A DNA stretch of 64,000 nucleotides from Pseudomonadota bacterium. Lineage in GTDB: Bacteria > Desulfobacterota > Desulfobulbia > Desulfobulbales > SURF-16. Below are positions 30,172-39,678 of this stretch, piece after piece. The position numbers and the translations under genes were made by a program. Under the pieces are notes generated by a model, which saw only the letters and a list, made by a program, of their open reading frames with translations, did not search any database and was not told the origin of the DNA. Every line of letters starts with the position of its first letter. Positions within the stretch are counted from its first letter, which is position 1. Location: NCBI GenBank assembly GCA_018822545.1, contig JAHJKA010000089.1:921-64920 (forward strand), read 5' to 3'.

Positions 30172-30397
30172 AGCGACATTATGTACCATGACGACAGGCG
30201 CCCGTCATGATCTGCGCTAAGAAAATCTGCTGCACAAAAGTAAGAAAGCAGAACCTTCGCAGGAGCAGTCAAAATATACTTTGGGTTTCCAGTTGCAATA
30301 CTTCTTTCGCCGCTTTGGGAGAGCTCCGGGAGAGTAAACAGAAACCCCAAGTATATTAAATTCAAAAAAGGGGAGTACGGCCCCTTGGGAGAGAACC

Positions 30398-32269
30398 ATG
30401 AAGAAGATACTCTTAACCACCGCATTATGTATTACGGGAGGCATATGCTTGCAGGCAGGAGCAGCATTTTCAGCGACAGTGCCGTTCTCCTCATCGCATG
30501 TGTTTTCAATGGATGACATACAAGGAGACTTTATAGGCTCCCAGTATGCCACTGACAGCTCAATCGTCTGCACCGATGCGACGTGTAATGGCGAGCAGCC
30601 TTATCCAGAACAATTCACCGGCACAATGCTCTACCCCATCGACAGTGAATTTGCCTTCTGGGTCACTGATTTTGTCGGCGCCGAGCGAAAGACACGCGAC
30701 TTAATCTATGACGATGGTTGGGTCGGCAATATTCTCGAAGCCGGAGTCCAGGTAGGAGTCATGATATCAAGCCCGGAAACGCCCTATTACAAAACCGGCA
30801 ATCCCCTGGGAACCTGGTGTACCGGCCTGGGAGGCAACATGGTGAAATGCTCGGCGGAAAAATACACCGTCATGGAGCATGTCCTCAGCTGCACTGAAAA
30901 AGTGCCTTATTTTTACACAGAACCCTACTGGGATGAGATCTGCAAACCTTTGGATGATACATTGTATCTTGCAACCGACGTGGATCATGTAGACCCGATC
31001 ATCCCGGCTGACATTATTAACCCCGCCACCGGCCTGCCTTACACCCAGCCATATGACGTTCTAACGCCCAGCGAATCAGACCTCATCAACATTGCCGTGG
31101 GCCCGGATTATTCCGTCACCCAGAAAGACGACGGCAAACTCCTTTTCCGCTGGGGCACCGTTCATAAACGCCCCTCTGATGTAAGGTTGTACACGGCCAT
31201 GGAGCTTCCCGCCGCCTGGAAGGCTGAGGGTGCTCCTAATTACAGGGTCACCAAGGCTGAACTCGTGATTCACCATAAGGTCACCAACAATCCCAATGAT
31301 CAGATCCGGCCGGAAGACTTTGAAAATGAAGCCGCCACCGGGCGTCTGCCAGGATACACTAACACCGGGGGTGTTTTGACCACCGATCGTGACTGCTATG
31401 AAGGCGACGGCGATTTTATCCCAGCAGGAACCTTGCTGAAAGACCCGTCCCTGGGAGATCCTGCCGGCTGGTCCGGCGACCTTATCGCCGGCCAGACAAA
31501 TGCCTGGTTCACCACCATGGATCGGGATCCTTTTGAAATAGATCCTGTTACGGGTGTCGGCCCGCGCTGGCGTCTGAAAGCGCCCAAATTCGGCCAGAAC
31601 CTCCCTGGGCTGGATATTCCCATTGTCGACTGTATGGAGCCCCCTCTGACCTCTGAGTTCATCAAGTATCCGGTGGGAACCGATACCACCACAACCATCA
31701 ACCTGCTGGACTGGGCCGGAGAATCACCCTTGGCCTGGAGCGAGGGATGGAAAGCCTATAATGACCTCAACCCGGATGACCCCACAGATACCGTGCCTGA
31801 CGGCCTTTCTTATGTTGAAGGAATGCCCCTGACCGATGATTTTGATCTGGCGGTCTATATCAAAGGTGACTACAAACCGACAACCGTTTACAGCGCCCAG
31901 CTGATTCTCGAATATGACGATCCCGCAGCACCAGCTGTTGAGATCTGCACGGATGGCCTTGATAATGATTTTGATGGTTTTATCGACTGCGCCGACACCG
32001 CCGACTGCTCTACTGATCCTTCCTGCATTCCTCAAGTTGATACAATCAGTATCATCCTGGCCCAATGGAATGCCAGAAAAGACGAGCTGTTCTTGAAGAG
32101 TGTGGTCAGCAGCGATGCGACTGCAGTATTGACTGCCATTTATGGCGGCACTGCATTTCCCATTACTGCTGGTGACATAAAAATCAACCCGGCAGGTGGT
32201 TATTATGACACGGTAACAATCGTTTCGGACCAGGGAGGCAGCGTAACTATCGATGTTCTTTATAAATGA
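30398..32269 (+). CDS. Secreted acidic hypothetical protein with Cys/Asp metal-binding-like motif
   Basis: Signal peptide, D/P/T/G-rich sequence, EICTDGLDNDFDGFIDCAD motif; RBS GGGAGAG and a strong terminator. Confidence 0.85.
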   Translation: MKKILLTTALCITGGICLQAGAAFSATVPFSSSHVFSMDDIQGDFIGSQYATDSSIVCTDATCNGEQPYPEQFTGTMLYPIDSEFAFWVTDFVGAERKTRDLIYDDGWVGNILEAGVQVGVMISSPETPYYKTGNPLGTWCTGLGGNMVKCSAEKYTVMEHVLSCTEKVPYFYTEPYWDEICKPLDDTLYLATDVDHVDPIIPADIINPATGLPYTQPYDVLTPSESDLINIAVGPDYSVTQKDDGKLLFRWGTVHKRPSDVRLYTAMELPAAWKAEGAPNYRVTKAELVIHHKVTNNPNDQIRPEDFENEAATGRLPGYTNTGGVLTTDRDCYEGDGDFIPAGTLLKDPSLGDPAGWSGDLIAGQTNAWFTTMDRDPFEIDPVTGVGPRWRLKAPKFGQNLPGLDIPIVDCMEPPLTSEFIKYPVGTDTTTTINLLDWAGESPLAWSEGWKAYNDLNPDDPTDTVPDGLSYVEGMPLTDDFDLAVYIKGDYKPTTVYSAQLILEYDDPAAPAVEICTDGLDNDFDGFIDCADTADCSTDPSCIPQVDTISIILAQWNARKDELFLKSVVSSDATAVLTAIYGGTAFPITAGDIKINPAGGYYDTVTIVSDQGGSVTIDVLYK

Positions 32270-32336
32270 TTAACTGATTGCCTGTCCGAGCAGGAAAATG
32301 TCTTTGCCTGCCCGATTCGCTCATCATAACCCCAAC

Positions 32337-32374
32337 ACAAAAGGCCTCTTGGGTTTTCCCAAGAGGCCTTTTGT
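32337..32374. terminator. Bidirectional intrinsic terminator
   Basis: ACAAAAGGCCTCTTGGG-TTTT-CCCAAGAGGCCTTTTGT between convergent genes. Confidence 0.9.
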
Positions 32375-32432
32375 TGGTTTGAACCTAATGCGCAGGAGTA
32401 AATCCACCGTCTTTTAGTCGATTGCCTTTGAC

Positions 32433-33764
32433 TTATTTTTTTGCCGTCAAGAGCGTGACAACATCTTCATTCTCCTTTTCTCTGGCCCATTCCAAAGCAG
32501 TTTTACCTTCCTGATCCTCAAGAGAGATATCGGCCCCATGGGCCAGCAGAACAGAGACGATCTGGTCATGGCCACTCCAGGCGGCGGCCATCAAGGCTGT
32601 AAAACCCCGGTCATCCCCCAGATCAAGGGCTGCCCCGCCATCAATAAGCACGGTTACTGTGTCCAGATTACCTGCCCCGGCAGCCAGCATCAAGGCCGTA
32701 ACACCTCGGTTGTCCTTGGCGTTTATGTTCGCCTTGGCACTAAGCAGCACGTGCACTGCCTTGGCGTAATTTTTTGAAGCGGCATACATCAGAGCGGTTC
32801 TCCCCGATGAGTTCTTCAGGTCAACATCCGCCTTTTGGGCAATGAGCAGCTCCACCATATCGGCATGGCCTTCCCCTGCGGCACTCATCAGGGCCGTGAC
32901 CTTTCCCTTGTTGACAGCATTGACATCGGCCCCATGCTTCAGCAAAACCTTTGCCGTGGCCACATCTCCACGTTTTGCAGCACCGATAAGCACGGTCAAC
33001 CCGCCGTTATAATAGAGTGTGTCATGGGCGGCACCGGCCTCAAGCAGCACCTCCACGGTTTCACTGTGCCCCCCGCCTACAGCAAATAACAATGGGGTAA
33101 TCTTATCCTTGTTCCTGGCATTCACCCTGGCGCCTTTGGCCAGGAGCTGTTTCACCCCTTCGGTTTCACCCCGTCTTGCCAGCCACATAAGCACCGTGTT
33201 GTTTGCCTTATCCTGCGCTTCGGCGTCAGCTCCGGCATCCAACAGCATCTTGACAATCCTGCCCCGCCCTCTGCCCGTTACAAACATGAGTGCTGTGGAA
33301 TCATTTTCATCTTTGGCGTTTATATCGGCATTCTTGGCCAGAAGGGCTTGAACGATATCTGCATGACCGTATTGGGCAGCCACCATGAGGGGGGTTTGGC
33401 CATTAAGATTTCTGGCATGAATATTTGCCCCCCCATCAAGCAGGATTTTGACAATTTCCGTATTTCCCATCTGCATGGCCGGGAAAATAAGCGCCGTCTT
33501 CGGGTGATTGGTGATGTTAATATTCGCCCCTGCTTTTATGAGGGTCTGCAGAATCTCGCCATGGCCGCCACTGACCGCAAGTTGCGCCGCCGTTCGGCCA
33601 TGGCGATCCGTGTCGTTCACATCAGCATCTTTGCTGAGCAGACTCTTAACAGTTTCCAAATCACCCTGGGTAACAGCCTGCTCAAGAGGGCCTGCAATAA
33701 CCGGCAAGGTCAGCCAAAACAATCCAAAACAAAAACAGCATAACAATCCAAATGTGAACCGCAT
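32433..33764 (-). CDS. Exported ankyrin-repeat protein
   Basis: About 12 repeats of G-x-TALMxAA...G...V..LL..GAD.N. Signal peptide from ATG 33764 with RBS GAGGTG. Confidence 0.92.
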   Translation of the reverse strand: MRFTFGLLCCFCFGLFWLTLPVIAGPLEQAVTQGDLETVKSLLSKDADVNDTDRHGRTAAQLAVSGGHGEILQTLIKAGANINITNHPKTALIFPAMQMGNTEIVKILLDGGANIHARNLNGQTPLMVAAQYGHADIVQALLAKNADINAKDENDSTALMFVTGRGRGRIVKMLLDAGADAEAQDKANNTVLMWLARRGETEGVKQLLAKGARVNARNKDKITPLLFAVGGGHSETVEVLLEAGAAHDTLYYNGGLTVLIGAAKRGDVATAKVLLKHGADVNAVNKGKVTALMSAAGEGHADMVELLIAQKADVDLKNSSGRTALMYAASKNYAKAVHVLLSAKANINAKDNRGVTALMLAAGAGNLDTVTVLIDGGAALDLGDDRGFTALMAAAWSGHDQIVSVLLAHGADISLEDQEGKTALEWAREKENEDVVTLLTAKK

Positions 33765-33941
33765 GATTTCACCTCGCGCTCTGTTTTCCGGAATAAATAC
33801 CAACATTTTTTCCACTCTTATTTTTTGGGGCCAGTTCACACCATCAAGATCTAAAAAGAGTTAGGCAGCAAACTGGAATATTGGATTTCTCTCCCAAAAG
33901 GAACTATTGCAAATTCCACACCAGGGGGGGGCACCTCTTGT

Positions 33942-33960
33942 GTTAATAATAATTATTATT
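33942..33960. promoter_or_regulatory. Fur-box-like operator abutting a TTGACA -35 (33964-33969)
   Basis: GTTAATAATAATTATTATT matches 15/19 of GATAATGATAATCATTATC and contains the perfect 16-bp palindrome AATAATAATTATTATT. Confidence 0.55.
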
Positions 33961-34393
33961 TCCTTGACAAGCACCATACGCAGACACAATGTTATAAATT
34001 ATCGTATACAACTTTGCACGGGGTTGGATGTCGACCCGTAACCGATTGATTCCTGCTTTGTTTTATGTGGCAAGTGGGAACAAGAACATCACCGAGGCCA
34101 AAAAACACCGCAGAAAGTGCAAATACGTCGCAGACCTTCCTGGCCGCCTCTGCGCAAGCCCCTTCCTCACATCAAACAGGACTTTCGGCGGGAATTTATG
34201 CCGTACAGAACCACTTTTTTTAGGGGCCTTGGTGTTGCTATGCTTCAGTTAAATCCGGGCGCACAACCGGTTTTTTTTGGCGAGCTGAATAATCACAATT
34301 TGTCACCTCGCCGATGCATGCCCCAGCTTAGACGCATAATGCGCCACAGTGAAGGCTTGCAAAATTATTTTAACTGAACACGGGGTGAAACAG

Positions 34394-35500
34394 ATGAACA
34401 AGAAACATGGAATGCCAATACTTGCTTTATCAATGGCCGTTTGGGGGGCAACTTTTTTTATTGGCCAGCCGGAGGCGGCGAAAGCTGAAGGCGCGGCAAT
34501 TGAAAAAGCGCCCGCCGTTGAGGTCAAATTCGGGCCGACTTTCAATGCCGTTGCCTATATTGCCGGACATGGCGGCCATCTGGCCATTATTGATCTGCGC
34601 ACCCTGAAGGCACCTGTGGATGTTGATACCGACCGTATCGTTCTCACCGAAGCCGGCTCTGAGATGGAAGGTGTCATTGCCGGCATGAGTTTTGAGGAAG
34701 TAAAGAAATCAGGTGGTAGCCACGGCCAGGCTCTGGTCAAACAGGACGGCAAGAAATATCTGGTTGCCGGCACCCTGGCCGGCGACGTCTACAAGATTGA
34801 TATGGCCACCGGTATGAAAGAAGGCCCTTTTCAAGTCGGCCAGAAATTCTGCGGCGCCATTACCGGCCCTGACGGCAATATCTATTTCGAGGATATGGCC
34901 GACGGCAATGTCTATATCTGGGACCCCAAAAAACTGAAAACCGTGGACAAGATGCCGGTGGGTAAGGCTGTCTGCGGCATCCAGTGGACCCACAATGCCA
35001 AGAAAGCCTATATCAGCGACATGCCCACCGGCATTGTCTACGTCTATGACTGGACCAAGAAAGAGAAAATTAAGGAAATTTCCAGCCCGGAGATGACCTT
35101 CATCCACCAGGCCCGCATGACTCCGGACGGCAAACAGCTCTGGGTCAGCGCCCCTAACGAGTTTGATCCCGGCCTCAAACCGGGCACCCACCGCAGCCAG
35201 ATTGTCATCATCGACACCAACAAGGATGAAATTGTCAAGCGCATCACCATGCCCAACACTATCAGGCCCCACGACTTCGCCTTCACCGCTGACGGCAAGT
35301 ATGCCTTTCTGTCCTCCCGTACCTATGGCGATGACAGCATCCTGAGCATCATGGACATCAAGACCGACACCATCGTCAACCAGGTGTCCGCCTGCGCCGC
35401 CTGTCATAAGGCCAATGATATCGAGGTGGAAATCGACAATCAATCGCCGCTGCTCTGCGGCATCGAAATCGACTGGGATCCACCTCCTGTCAAGAAGTGA
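34394..35500 (+). CDS. Secreted YncE/YVTN-like beta-propeller with His/Cys-rich blades and one CxxCH
   Basis: Signal peptide; blade repeats (TPDGKQLWVS, TADGKYAFLS, IVIIDT); SHG, FCG, VCG, IHQ, PHD and LCG; CAACH. Confidence 0.85.
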   Translation: MNKKHGMPILALSMAVWGATFFIGQPEAAKAEGAAIEKAPAVEVKFGPTFNAVAYIAGHGGHLAIIDLRTLKAPVDVDTDRIVLTEAGSEMEGVIAGMSFEEVKKSGGSHGQALVKQDGKKYLVAGTLAGDVYKIDMATGMKEGPFQVGQKFCGAITGPDGNIYFEDMADGNVYIWDPKKLKTVDKMPVGKAVCGIQWTHNAKKAYISDMPTGIVYVYDWTKKEKIKEISSPEMTFIHQARMTPDGKQLWVSAPNEFDPGLKPGTHRSQIVIIDTNKDEIVKRITMPNTIRPHDFAFTADGKYAFLSSRTYGDDSILSIMDIKTDTIVNQVSACAACHKANDIEVEIDNQSPLLCGIEIDWDPPPVKK

Positions 35501-35512
35501 TCAGTTGCGTCA

Positions 35513-35549
35513 AGACAGGCCGGGGGTTTTCTTTGCCCCCGGCCTGTCT
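35513..35549 (+). terminator. Intercistronic hairpin (terminator or mRNA stabiliser)
   Basis: AGACAGGCCGGGGG...CCCCCGGCCTGTCT followed by GTCTTT. Confidence 0.75.
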
Positions 35550-35708
35550 GTCTTTGCGTATTTTTTTGCCAATGGGACATCGAACCTGCTTTTTTTTTCT
35601 TCGCCGCCTGTACAGATTTTTTTTGAAGCCGTATTACTGAGGCTGTTGTAGGGAGACAGCCCGGGCAACCAGCGGTCAGATTCTCAAAAGAGGGAACCAT
35701 TCCCCGTA

Positions 35709-36914
35709 ATGAAAAAAATTAATCTGTTCAAACTGGCCGTCAACAATCTGCGCCGAAAACTGGTGCGAACCCTGCTGCTGTTGCTGGTGGCCGCTGTTGT
35801 TTCCGGCACCCTGCTGGGGGCCACCGTTTTTATTTTCGGCATGCAGAACGCCTTGAAGATCGGCACCTACCGCCTGGGCGCCGATATCCTTGTGGTCCCT
35901 GCCAAAAATGAAGAGCAGGCCCGGACGGCCTTACTGGCGGGTAAACCCACCAGCTTCTACATGGACCGCACGGTGCTGGATGCCATTAAGAAGATTGAGG
36001 GCGTGGAGCGGGTCTCTCCCCAGCTTTTCATCGAGCCCTCCTCGTTCACCTGTTGCTACAGTGTCGATGTCTTCCTGGTGGCCATCGACCCGGCCACCGA
36101 TTTTACCGTCATGCCCTGGCTGGAGAAAAACGTCCGGCAGTCTTTGACCGGCAATCAGGTGGTCGCCGGCCGTTCCATGCCGGTGATGACCGGCGCCACC
36201 ATCCCGTTTTTCGGCACCTCTTTCAAGGTGGTGGGGACCATGGAACCCACCGGCATGAAGTTTTTTGATCAATCAATCTTCATGACCATGGATGCCGCCT
36301 ACCGGATGGCGGAAAACTCTGCCGGCCAATCCCTCCAGCCTCTCCTCCTCGACAAGGACAAGATCTCTGCCGTGCTGGTGAAAACCGACGGCAAAATCAC
36401 GCCGGATCGCCTGGCCCTGCGGATCATGCACGCCCTTGACGATGTCAAGGCCATCGCCTCTGACGAGGTCATCAACACGGTCAGACGGCAGCTCGCCGGT
36501 TTACTCACCGGCATTGTCGCCGTCAGCGCCGTGCTCTGGGCCATGGGCCTGTTTATGATCGGCTTCGCCTTCTATATGATCGTCAACGAACGCCAGCGGG
36601 AGCTGGGCATGCTGCGGGCCATGGGCGCCAAGCGTAAACATGTTTTCCGGTTGATCATTCTGGAATCGGTGCTGATTACCCTGGTGGGCGGTGTCGTGGG
36701 TCTGGTCCTGGGGTTCGGGCTGCTTTTTGCCCTGAGCGACATGATCTGTACCAGCCTGCAGCTGCCCTATCTGCTGCCGTCGCTAGTGGTGGTGCAGGAA
36801 CTGGTGGCCGGCTCCCTGTTGTTTTCGGTAGTTACCGGCCTGGTCTCCGCCCTGCTGCCGGCCTTTCTGGCCAGTCGCCTGGAACCTTACGAGGCCATCC
36901 GCACCGGAGAATAA
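35709..36914 (+). CDS. MacB/FtsX-type ABC transporter permease
   Basis: LAVNNLRRKLVRT, RLGADILVVP and VNERQRELGMLRAMGA; periplasmic FTCCY motif. Confidence 0.9.
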   Translation: MKKINLFKLAVNNLRRKLVRTLLLLLVAAVVSGTLLGATVFIFGMQNALKIGTYRLGADILVVPAKNEEQARTALLAGKPTSFYMDRTVLDAIKKIEGVERVSPQLFIEPSSFTCCYSVDVFLVAIDPATDFTVMPWLEKNVRQSLTGNQVVAGRSMPVMTGATIPFFGTSFKVVGTMEPTGMKFFDQSIFMTMDAAYRMAENSAGQSLQPLLLDKDKISAVLVKTDGKITPDRLALRIMHALDDVKAIASDEVINTVRRQLAGLLTGIVAVSAVLWAMGLFMIGFAFYMIVNERQRELGMLRAMGAKRKHVFRLIILESVLITLVGGVVGLVLGFGLLFALSDMICTSLQLPYLLPSLVVVQELVAGSLLFSVVTGLVSALLPAFLASRLEPYEAIRTGE

Positions 36915-36917
36915 AAC

Positions 36918-37598
36918 ATGCTCAAAGATGATCTTCAGTCAACGCTTCGTCTCCTGTTTCAGCAACCTCTTATTCTCATGGGCTTGTGTTTGCTGCTTGG
37001 CGTATACGGTTGTGAACAGGGCGACAACAATACCGACACTGCCGGTTCCGTAGGCAACGAACAGGCAACAAATGCCTATTCCTCTGAGAACGTTTTTGAA
37101 AAGGTGCTGCGTCAGGTCCAGGCTGATCCTCAAAATGAGGACGCCCTCTACCATCTTGCCGACCTTTATGACCGCCAGGGCAGCTATCAGAAGGCGGTGG
37201 ACACTTACAGGCAGGTACTTGCCATCAACCCGGAGCGGGCCTATGTCTATTTCAAAATGGGAACCGCCTACAGTCGGATGGGCCAGGCGGCGCAGGCCGT
37301 GGAAGTTCTCAGCCAGGCCACCGTCCATCTCCCCAAAAACCCGGTGGCCTGGAATAATCTTGGCATCGCTTACGGCAAACTTGAGCAGCTTGACAAAGAA
37401 ATTGAGGCTCTGCGCCGGGCTCTGGAGATCAGACCGCGCTATGCCTCTGCCCGCTTTAACCTGGCCATGACCTACCTGAAAAAGGGGGATACAGCCGCAG
37501 CCAGGGCCCAGTATGAAGAGTTGAAAACATTTGACGGGACCATGGCCCAGGAACTCCTGAGCCGTCTCGGAGACGAAGAGGGGCAGCAGACAAGATGA
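36918..37598 (+). CDS. TPR-repeat lipoprotein
   Basis: Lipobox VYGC; TPR motifs (AWNNLGIAY, ARFNLAMTY). Confidence 0.85.
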   Translation: MLKDDLQSTLRLLFQQPLILMGLCLLLGVYGCEQGDNNTDTAGSVGNEQATNAYSSENVFEKVLRQVQADPQNEDALYHLADLYDRQGSYQKAVDTYRQVLAINPERAYVYFKMGTAYSRMGQAAQAVEVLSQATVHLPKNPVAWNNLGIAYGKLEQLDKEIEALRRALEIRPRYASARFNLAMTYLKKGDTAAARAQYEELKTFDGTMAQELLSRLGDEEGQQTR

Positions 37599-38263
37599 TC
37601 GAGGCCAGAAAGCTTTGCAAAGCATATCGGGTACAGGGTCAGTCACTGCCGGCGGCCCAAGACATAGACCTTGTTATCCACAAAGGAGAAATGGTCTCCA
37701 TAGTCGGCCATTCCGGCAGTGGCAAAACCACCCTGCTGAGCCTGCTGGGCGGGTTGACCAGGCCTGATTCCGGCCAGGTGCTGCTTGACGGCATGGACAT
37801 CTGGTCCATGGGGGACGACAGCCTCTCCGAACTCAGAAACCGCAAACTTGGCTTTATCTACCAGTTTGCCAGCCTGATCCCGACCCTGAGCGCCCTTGAT
37901 AACATTTGCCTGCCCACGGCCTTTGGGATGGTTTCGGGTGACATCGGCGGGTTGGCCTTAACCCTTCTTGAAAAAGTGGGCCTGGCCGACAAGGCCGGAT
38001 TTTATCCTTCCCAGCTCTCGGGCGGTCAACAACGGCGGGTGGCCATCGCCAGGGCCTTTATCAATGCACCGGAGGTCATCCTGGCGGATGAACCCACCGG
38101 CGATCTCGATGAAGAAACAGAACGGGAGGTCATTGATCTCTTCCGGCAAATCAACAAGGAATCAGCAACCTCTTTTCTGATCGTCACCCACAACAAGGAC
38201 ATTGCCGGTCGCACTGATCGCAGGTTCACCATGAAAAACGGCATTCTCAGTGAGATGACTTAA
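37595..38263 (+). CDS. LolD/MacB-type ABC ATP-binding protein
   Basis: GHSGSGKT, LSGGQQRRVAIARA, ILADEPTG and VTH. Confidence 0.95.
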   Translation: MIEARKLCKAYRVQGQSLPAAQDIDLVIHKGEMVSIVGHSGSGKTTLLSLLGGLTRPDSGQVLLDGMDIWSMGDDSLSELRNRKLGFIYQFASLIPTLSALDNICLPTAFGMVSGDIGGLALTLLEKVGLADKAGFYPSQLSGGQQRRVAIARAFINAPEVILADEPTGDLDEETEREVIDLFRQINKESATSFLIVTHNKDIAGRTDRRFTMKNGILSEMT

Positions 38264-38306
38264 GCAGGGTGAGTCTTCAAACTTGAAGCTGACCATTTTC
38301 CCAACC

Positions 38307-38356
38307 ACAAAGACACAGAGGGAGGGCTTACATGAAGAAAACCTCTGTGTCTTTGT
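38307..38356. repeat. 15-bp inverted repeat between convergent operons
   Basis: ACAAAGACACAGAGG-N20-CCTCTGTGTCTTTGT. Confidence 0.65.
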
Positions 38357-38452
38357 ACCCCGTAACGGGGTATTGAAAAGAATGTCTTTGTGTTCAAGAA
38401 GCAGCCTTTCACCACGCACAGCCAAACAAATTGATCTGCTCGCCACAGCCCC

Positions 38453-39520
38453 CTACTTGCCGAAAAGGGACAGGAACTGGCCGTAGCCTTCCGCCTCCAG
38501 ATTCTCCACCGGGATAAAACGTAAGGCGGCGGAGTTCATACAGTAGCGCAGGCCGGTGGGCTGCGGGCCATCGTCGAACACATGGCCGAGATGGCTGTCG
38601 CCTTTTTTGCTCCGCACCTCAGTGCGCACCGAGAAGAAGAGGGTACGGTCTTCCCTGGTCACGATATTTTCCGGAACCAGCGGCTTGGTAAAGCTTGGCC
38701 AGCCTGTTCCCGACTTGTATTTGTCAAGGGAGCTAAACAGCGGCTCGCCCGAGACGATATCGACATAGATGCCGGCCTTCTTGTTATCCCAGTATTCATT
38801 GTTGAAGGGCGGCTCGGTGCCTTCCTCCTGGGTGACCTTATACTGCAGGGCGGTCAGCTTCTGGCGCAGCTCCTCCTTGCTCCACTTGGTGCGCTCCTTA
38901 CCCCAGATGGAGTCAAGATACTTATCGCGGCCGGAACCGTTGCGATAGTACTTATAGCGGAGAGGGTTCTTTTTGTAATAATCCTGATGATACTCCTCGG
39001 CCGGATAGAATGTTTCCGCGGGCAGAATCGGGGTGACCAGGGGAGCGGAAAACACCCCACGTTTGCCAAGGGCCTCCTTGGAGCGCTCGGCAATCTCTTT
39101 TTGGTGCGCACTGGTATAAAAAATCGCCGTGGTATAGGCGTGGCCCCGGTCGACAAACTGACCGCCGGCATCGGTGGGATTGACCTGCATCCAGTAAACA
39201 TCCAGAAGCCTGTCGTAGGAGATCACCGCCGGATCATAGGTGATCTGCACCACCTCGATATGGCCGCCAACATCATAGTTCTTATAGGTTGGATTCGTGG
39301 TCCGGCCCGCCGTATAACCGGAGACAACTGCGTGTACCCCGGCCAGCGCCTCAAAGGGTTTTTCCATGCACCAGAAGCAGCCGCCGGCAAAGATCGCTGT
39401 TTCCAGATTGTTGCCTTTGCCGGGCCCCATATCTGCCGCCTTGCCGCTGCCGGCAAAGGAGCTGTACAGGAAGAAGAATCCCAGCACAACGACGCTGAGA
39501 AAAAGTAGTGATTTTGTCAT
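38453..39520 (-). CDS. msrAB: Exported bifunctional methionine sulfoxide reductase MsrA/MsrB
   Basis: Signal peptide; MsrA motifs FAGGCFWC and AEEYHQDYY; MsrB motifs [14 protein letters not shown] and RYCMNS. Confidence 0.96.
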   Translation of the reverse strand: MTKSLLFLSVVVLGFFFLYSSFAGSGKAADMGPGKGNNLETAIFAGGCFWCMEKPFEALAGVHAVVSGYTAGRTTNPTYKNYDVGGHIEVVQITYDPAVISYDRLLDVYWMQVNPTDAGGQFVDRGHAYTTAIFYTSAHQKEIAERSKEALGKRGVFSAPLVTPILPAETFYPAEEYHQDYYKKNPLRYKYYRNGSGRDKYLDSIWGKERTKWSKEELRQKLTALQYKVTQEEGTEPPFNNEYWDNKKAGIYVDIVSGEPLFSSLDKYKSGTGWPSFTKPLVPENIVTREDRTLFFSVRTEVRSKKGDSHLGHVFDDGPQPTGLRYCMNSAALRFIPVENLEAEGYGQFLSLFGK

Positions 39521-39678
39521 GGTGACACCTCCGCATCTATTTTTGTCTCTCCGGCTTGCCGCCCTTTTTTTAAAAAAAGGCGGCCCCGGAGGAGTTTTCT
39601 ATTCCAGGGTCCGGACATAGGTGCCCGTTCAGGTGTAACCTGCTGGTGATGGCCGCTCTGCTTTACAATTTACAACCG

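Noticed and set aside
34090-34235. Rod-like RNA considered as 6S RNA
   Set aside because: It lacks the usual zapA/ygfA context and a recognisable central-bubble consensus; kept only as an unknown leader.
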